The notes under the pieces: model-generated
What the model was told of the DNA's origin: nothing
The model's database searches: none
Seen by the model: only the letters and a program-made list of their open reading frames with translations
Program-made: the position numbers and the translations under genes
Shown here: piece after piece, positions 35,968-39,660 of the stretch
How the letters are laid out: each line of letters starts with the position of its first letter
How positions within the stretch are numbered: the first letter of the stretch is position 1
Source of the DNA: a virus
Lineage: Duplodnaviria > Heunggongvirae > Uroviricota > Caudoviricetes
Length of the DNA stretch: 39,660 nt
Strand: one strand, 5' to 3'
IMG/VR virus record: IMGVR_UViG_3300032250_000070
Coordinates: 64,001 to 103,660 of that record

Positions 35968-36843
35968 CTAAAAATCACTGTCATCATCTTCCATAACCTT
36001 GTCAGATGCTACTAAATTGTCTTCAGAACTATATTCTTTCAACTCTTTAAATGTAAAGAAATCTTTACAGCCATACTCACCCACTACGTTTAATACAAAA
36101 CGCTCGTGAGGTTTTAAGTCTTTAGCAGACTTTTGACGTAAAGCACTAACTGAGTCAGCTCTGTTATAATCTACCAATCTGAAAGCTTTGATGCTATATG
36201 GAGGTAAGAATGCTTTGTTGTATACATTCTGGAACTCTTTTACACCATCTTCTTTCTCTTGTGTAGAAACAGTTGCTAAGGCTACAATGTTGTTAGCCCA
36301 CTCACCATTAATTTGCTCATTAAGTTCTTTAACATTACCCTTAATCAACTTGTTAAACTCCACTTGTAATGTAGATTTCTTACTGCTGAAGTCAATGTTA
36401 CTTAACCAAGAACGTAAGAAATTATATAAGTCTTCTTCACCAACAAATGCTACACGATTCTCTCTTTCTTTGAACCATGTTGGTAAGTTGTTTGGACTGT
36501 CTGCCCAAGTACAACGTCCTACATTATTGATGTATTGTTTCTTTGTACCATCTCTATTTTCTTTCTCTTTGTTCTCAATAAAGAAAGTCAATTTATACTT
36601 GTCTTGTGATTTAACTTCTTCTAACCAAAAGTCAATACGCAATCTAGCATTACCATCTTTACTTGTACCTAAGTAGTTAGTAGCTTTACTATCTTCTTTT
36701 AACTCTCTACCTAAGATGTCAGCATACTCCTCTGTTGTTGGATTCACTGCAATCACTTTTGCTTCGAATAGACCTACCTTTTTGGCAAATCCTTCTGATT
36801 CAAATACTGGGTTTTCTCTTTTTTCTCCTCCAATGTTACTCAT
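35968..36843 (-). CDS. Probable single-stranded DNA-binding protein
   Basis: Position between AAA ATPase and primase; acidic aromatic tail MEDDDSDF. Confidence 0.5.
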   Translation of the reverse strand: MSNIGGEKRENPVFESEGFAKKVGLFEAKVIAVNPTTEEYADILGRELKEDSKATNYLGTSKDGNARLRIDFWLEEVKSQDKYKLTFFIENKEKENRDGTKKQYINNVGRCTWADSPNNLPTWFKERENRVAFVGEEDLYNFLRSWLSNIDFSSKKSTLQVEFNKLIKGNVKELNEQINGEWANNIVALATVSTQEKEDGVKEFQNVYNKAFLPPYSIKAFRLVDYNRADSVSALRQKSAKDLKPHERFVLNVVGEYGCKDFFTFKELKEYSSEDNLVASDKVMEDDDSDF

Positions 36844-36864
36844 TTTTACTGATTTTATTTGTTA

Positions 36865-37536
36865 TTAATTGTAATATTCATCAATTGCATTGACTACTTC
36901 TTGTAAGTTATTAGGCATCTTGGTATCTGCAAACATTCCATCTGGACTCTTTGCTGGATACTTTCTAAACCTATTAGTTATGAAATTATATGTGGCTGAG
37001 CCATCTTTGCTCTCTTCCACGTGTGTGTATAAGCACACTGTTAGTAAACCTTCAAGAACAATCTGATTGTCAATCAACTTACCTGCTGTCTTAATCTTAT
37101 ATCCTATAATCTCACCACCATCTTCAATAGTCTCAGGGTGTGTAAAATAGAACACTTTTAAGTCATCACGTAAGCGTCTTGCTTCTCTAAACAACTCTAC
37201 CATATCTCTAGCCATTATGCTAAATTTAGTAAAGCCTGTTTCTGTAGCTTTAGCAATCATATTGAATCCCATAATGTAATTAGAGTCTTCAATAATGATG
37301 TTCTTGATGTGTGGTTGACCATCTGAGATTTTCTTCAATTGACGTGTAATCTCATTAGCGTCATCCATTTCCTTGTAATTCTTGTTCTCTGCGTTGTACA
37401 ACTTCTCTGCTCCTTTGAAAGGTAATTCTTTCTTAGCAACATTGATGATGAATGTTTCTTTGTGATTTAGATGTTTCACTGATGTTGACTTGCCAGTTCC
37501 TGTAGAACCAACAATTCCAATTAATTTGCTTGCCAT
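36865..37536 (-). CDS. AAA ATPase (AAA_24/Sak4-like)
   Basis: Walker A GSTGTGKST; IIIED; YPAKSPDGMF. Confidence 0.8.
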   Translation of the reverse strand: MASKLIGIVGSTGTGKSTSVKHLNHKETFIINVAKKELPFKGAEKLYNAENKNYKEMDDANEITRQLKKISDGQPHIKNIIIEDSNYIMGFNMIAKATETGFTKFSIMARDMVELFREARRLRDDLKVFYFTHPETIEDGGEIIGYKIKTAGKLIDNQIVLEGLLTVCLYTHVEESKDGSATYNFITNRFRKYPAKSPDGMFADTKMPNNLQEVVNAIDEYYN

Positions 37537-37541
37537 GTTTT

Positions 37542-37754
37542 TTACTGATTTGTTTCCTCCAAAGATAAATAAACTTCCTGAGATTTCAAAATATTTTTTA
37601 CAGGTTTTAATATACTTGGGTCAGCTATAAGATCATTATAAAATGTCTCTGCAGATTCTTTTGTAGTAAACCATTTAATAGATGAATCATCTACTCTTAC
37701 GCAATACATTGTACCAGTTGCAACACTAATTTCTTCTGTTAATTCTATTTTCAT
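37542..37754 (-). CDS. Hypothetical protein
   Basis: 70-aa ORF in operon. Confidence 0.6.
   Translation of the reverse strand: MKIELTEEISVATGTMYCVRVDDSSIKWFTTKESAETFYNDLIADPSILKPVKNILKSQEVYLSLEETNQ
37560..37590 (-). promoter_or_regulatory. Bacteroidota promoter for the ATPase/SSB genes
   Basis: TTTG (37590-37587), N19, TATCTTTG (37567-37560). Confidence 0.8.
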
Positions 37755-38845
37755 AGGTATGCTATTTTGTTTTTATCAAAAAATTCTAATGCTTTCTTAA
37801 GCCATTTCTTCTCTACTTCTTCTGTAGAACAGATGATGTAAATGTGTGCCTTCTTATCAGGTGTATCATACTCCATAGCCATGCATCTATTAATCTTTTG
37901 TGCAAGATTCTCAGCGTTACTATCAAAGTAATTGATTATCACTCTGTTAAGAGGCTTATATGTAACTCCTGTATTACCTATCTTTACGACAGCCAGGTGA
38001 TTACCTTTGCCAGATGCAAAGTCTTCAAACACTTCTTTGTCACCTGATTTGCTATGATAGACAGGAATGCCTAATGCATCAGCCACTTTAGTGACACCAC
38101 AGAATACTAGAATACGCTCGTCTTTATGCTTTGCTAGAAGTTCTTTAGTCTTGTTAAGTTTTGCAAGACTGCCTTGAACAATTCTCATCCTAGCAAGACG
38201 TAAGAACATAGTGCTCTTTCTCTGTTTCTCCATCTGATCTATCACCCAACCATAAGCATCAAACTGTTTCTTTTCAGATTTCCATTTGCCTTTATAGTTG
38301 TTTTCCACCTTGTTATCTAAAGGTACAGAAATCACTCTGATCTCATAGTCTGTGATAACACCCTCTTTGATAGCTTGTTCTATGGAATATGTAGCTAAAA
38401 CTGGTAGCTTTAACTCCAGTCCTAATGTTTCTTCTGTATCTGATGCTAAGGTTCCTGTTAAACCAAGCACCTTTGTGCACATAAGTTCCTTTACAGCCTC
38501 TATTTGTGCTTCAGAGAGTAAATGTATCTCATCAAGCACAACTAGGTCATAAAAGCCCTCTGTGTGCTTTTTAATAGACAAGTGGGTAGTATAAGTTATA
38601 TTGCTATTCTTATACTTCCTAGTTAAGAAGTCTTGCTCCCATGCTGATTTAATCTTTAGATCAGGATAGGCTATGAGGATGTTGATGTTCTTATCCAGTT
38701 TCTCCAGGATGTTGATAGTTGTATATATCTTACCAAATCTAGGACATAGGTTTAGAATACCATTTTTACCATTGTTTAACCATATATCAGCAAACTCTTG
38801 TTGTCTCTTATCTCGTAACGTAAGGGTGTTGACCTTTTTTGCCAT
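37751..38845 (-). CDS. Superfamily 2 helicase
   Basis: LRDKRQQE, CPRFGKI, VVLDEIH, GLTGT, ILVF, QKINR. Confidence 0.85.
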   Translation of the reverse strand: MAKKVNTLTLRDKRQQEFADIWLNNGKNGILNLCPRFGKIYTTINILEKLDKNINILIAYPDLKIKSAWEQDFLTRKYKNSNITYTTHLSIKKHTEGFYDLVVLDEIHLLSEAQIEAVKELMCTKVLGLTGTLASDTEETLGLELKLPVLATYSIEQAIKEGVITDYEIRVISVPLDNKVENNYKGKWKSEKKQFDAYGWVIDQMEKQRKSTMFLRLARMRIVQGSLAKLNKTKELLAKHKDERILVFCGVTKVADALGIPVYHSKSGDKEVFEDFASGKGNHLAVVKIGNTGVTYKPLNRVIINYFDSNAENLAQKINRCMAMEYDTPDKKAHIYIICSTEEVEKKWLKKALEFFDKNKIAYL

Positions 38846-39014
38846 AGCTTATAATTGTTGTAATTGACCAGAATAAATACTCAGCATTGACAGCTACGTA
38901 TGGGTCATATTTTTGTATGTTGTTCATTACACTCACTGTAGGAAACAACACCACTTGCCACCAATGGCTCTTCTTAGTGGGTAATGTATTATACATTTTA
39001 ACGTTTAATCTCAT
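38808..39014 (-). CDS. Hypothetical protein
   Basis: 68-aa ORF between the two helicases. Confidence 0.55.
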   Translation of the reverse strand: MRLNVKMYNTLPTKKSHWWQVVLFPTVSVMNNIQKYDPYVAVNAEYLFWSITTIISYGKKGQHPYVTR

Positions 39015-39015
39015 G

Positions 39016-39660
39016 TTATTTGTTTAAAAAGAAAGTTTTATTAATAATCTCATTGTATACGTTTTCATTCATATACTTAACCTTTGGTAGCTCTTTGAAC
39101 ATACCAATCTGACCTAGGAAACCTAGTCCTATTCTTACATCATCCTCACCATATGAATTCTTGATAAGTCTCAAGGATCTGAAGTACTTTGCACCAAACT
39201 CATCTCTAAGTTTATTCAGGTCATAGCCTGATGGGTCTTGCACCTTATATCTCATAGGATCAAATAATGCTAGGACAACGTCAGCATCATTCTGTGTTTG
39301 TGAACTGTCAGCAAAGTCTTCCAACTGTGGTTCTACATCACCATTCTTTAGTCTCATTGGACTAGAAATGTCTCTGTTGAACTGACTGACAATCACAGGA
39401 CTATAACCATACATATCTCTAGCATATCTAAGCTCATCTGACATCTTATCTATCAGTTGTTTCTTAGTAGGATAGTCTTTTGTTGGTTTTAAAAGACCTA
39501 TATGATCAATAACAACAATAGTTAGTTCACTCTCATTATTGGGAATGTATCTTTTGTTATACTGATCCACTTCTTCCATTACACCATTCTCTAGTGCATG
39601 TTCTTTAAGCTGTTTAGCTATACCTATTGGGTTTTCTGGTCCATCAATGATTGTAATGAC
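39016..39660 (-). CDS. dnaB: DnaB-like replicative helicase, C-terminal part; runs off the window edge
   Basis: VVIDHIGL, IVSQFNR, LEDFADSSQTQNDADVV, IKNSYG. Frame is open to 39660. Confidence 0.85.
   Translation of the reverse strand, partial: VITIIDGPENPIGIAKQLKEHALENGVMEEVDQYNKRYIPNNESELTIVVIDHIGLLKPTKDYPTKKQLIDKMSDELRYARDMYGYSPVIVSQFNRDISSPMRLKNGDVEPQLEDFADSSQTQNDADVVLALFDPMRYKVQDPSGYDLNKLRDEFGAKYFRSLRLIKNSYGEDDVRIGLGFLGQIGMFKELPKVKYMNENVYNEIINKTFFLNK

Noticed and set aside
1-39660. Stop-codon reassignment as in some crAss-like phages
   Set aside because: Recognisable genes are full length in code 11, and TAG and TGA both end genes at sensible positions (e.g. 3689, 2700, 33055).
1-39660. 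tRNA/rRNA genes, integrase or att sites
   Set aside because: No intergenic gap shows a cloverleaf or T-loop motif and no integrase is present, so lifestyle cannot be determined from this window.

Overview
AT-rich segment of a tailed dsDNA phage. The host is very probably Bacteroidota: about ten intergenic TTG/TTTG-N19-22-TAnnTTTG promoters, no Shine-Dalgarno motifs and A-rich start contexts. The replication block resembles crAss-like/environmental Bacteroidota phages. Layout: (i) 1-1843, minus strand, multidomain glycosyltransferase (partial) and FkbM methyltransferase; (ii) 1902-18839, plus strand, DUF6165-like gene, a lysis cassette around a GH19 endolysin, fibre/decoration genes (collagen-like, Cys-rich 15-aa repeat fibre, two DUF1566 paralogues, an embedded GT-A glycosyltransferase), a Dps-like protein, a GIY-YIG endonuclease, then an operon of six Lys-rich basic proteins; (iii) 18869-39660, minus strand, methyltransferase, GT2, GroES-like, dUTPase, RecA, class II RNR, nucleases, rIIA/rIIB-like, UDG, primase, SSB-like, AAA ATPase, SF2 helicase and DnaB (partial). 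The best candidates for undescribed biology are a modular anchor + Ser/Thr linker + variable head decoration system with its own putative protein O-glycosyltransferase, a basic-protein operon sharing a short KAQxG/AKxG/KxGG motif, and a possible reverse-topology single-protein spanin with an attenuator-like leader on the lysis operon. All family assignments come from motif recognition by eye; no database search was run.
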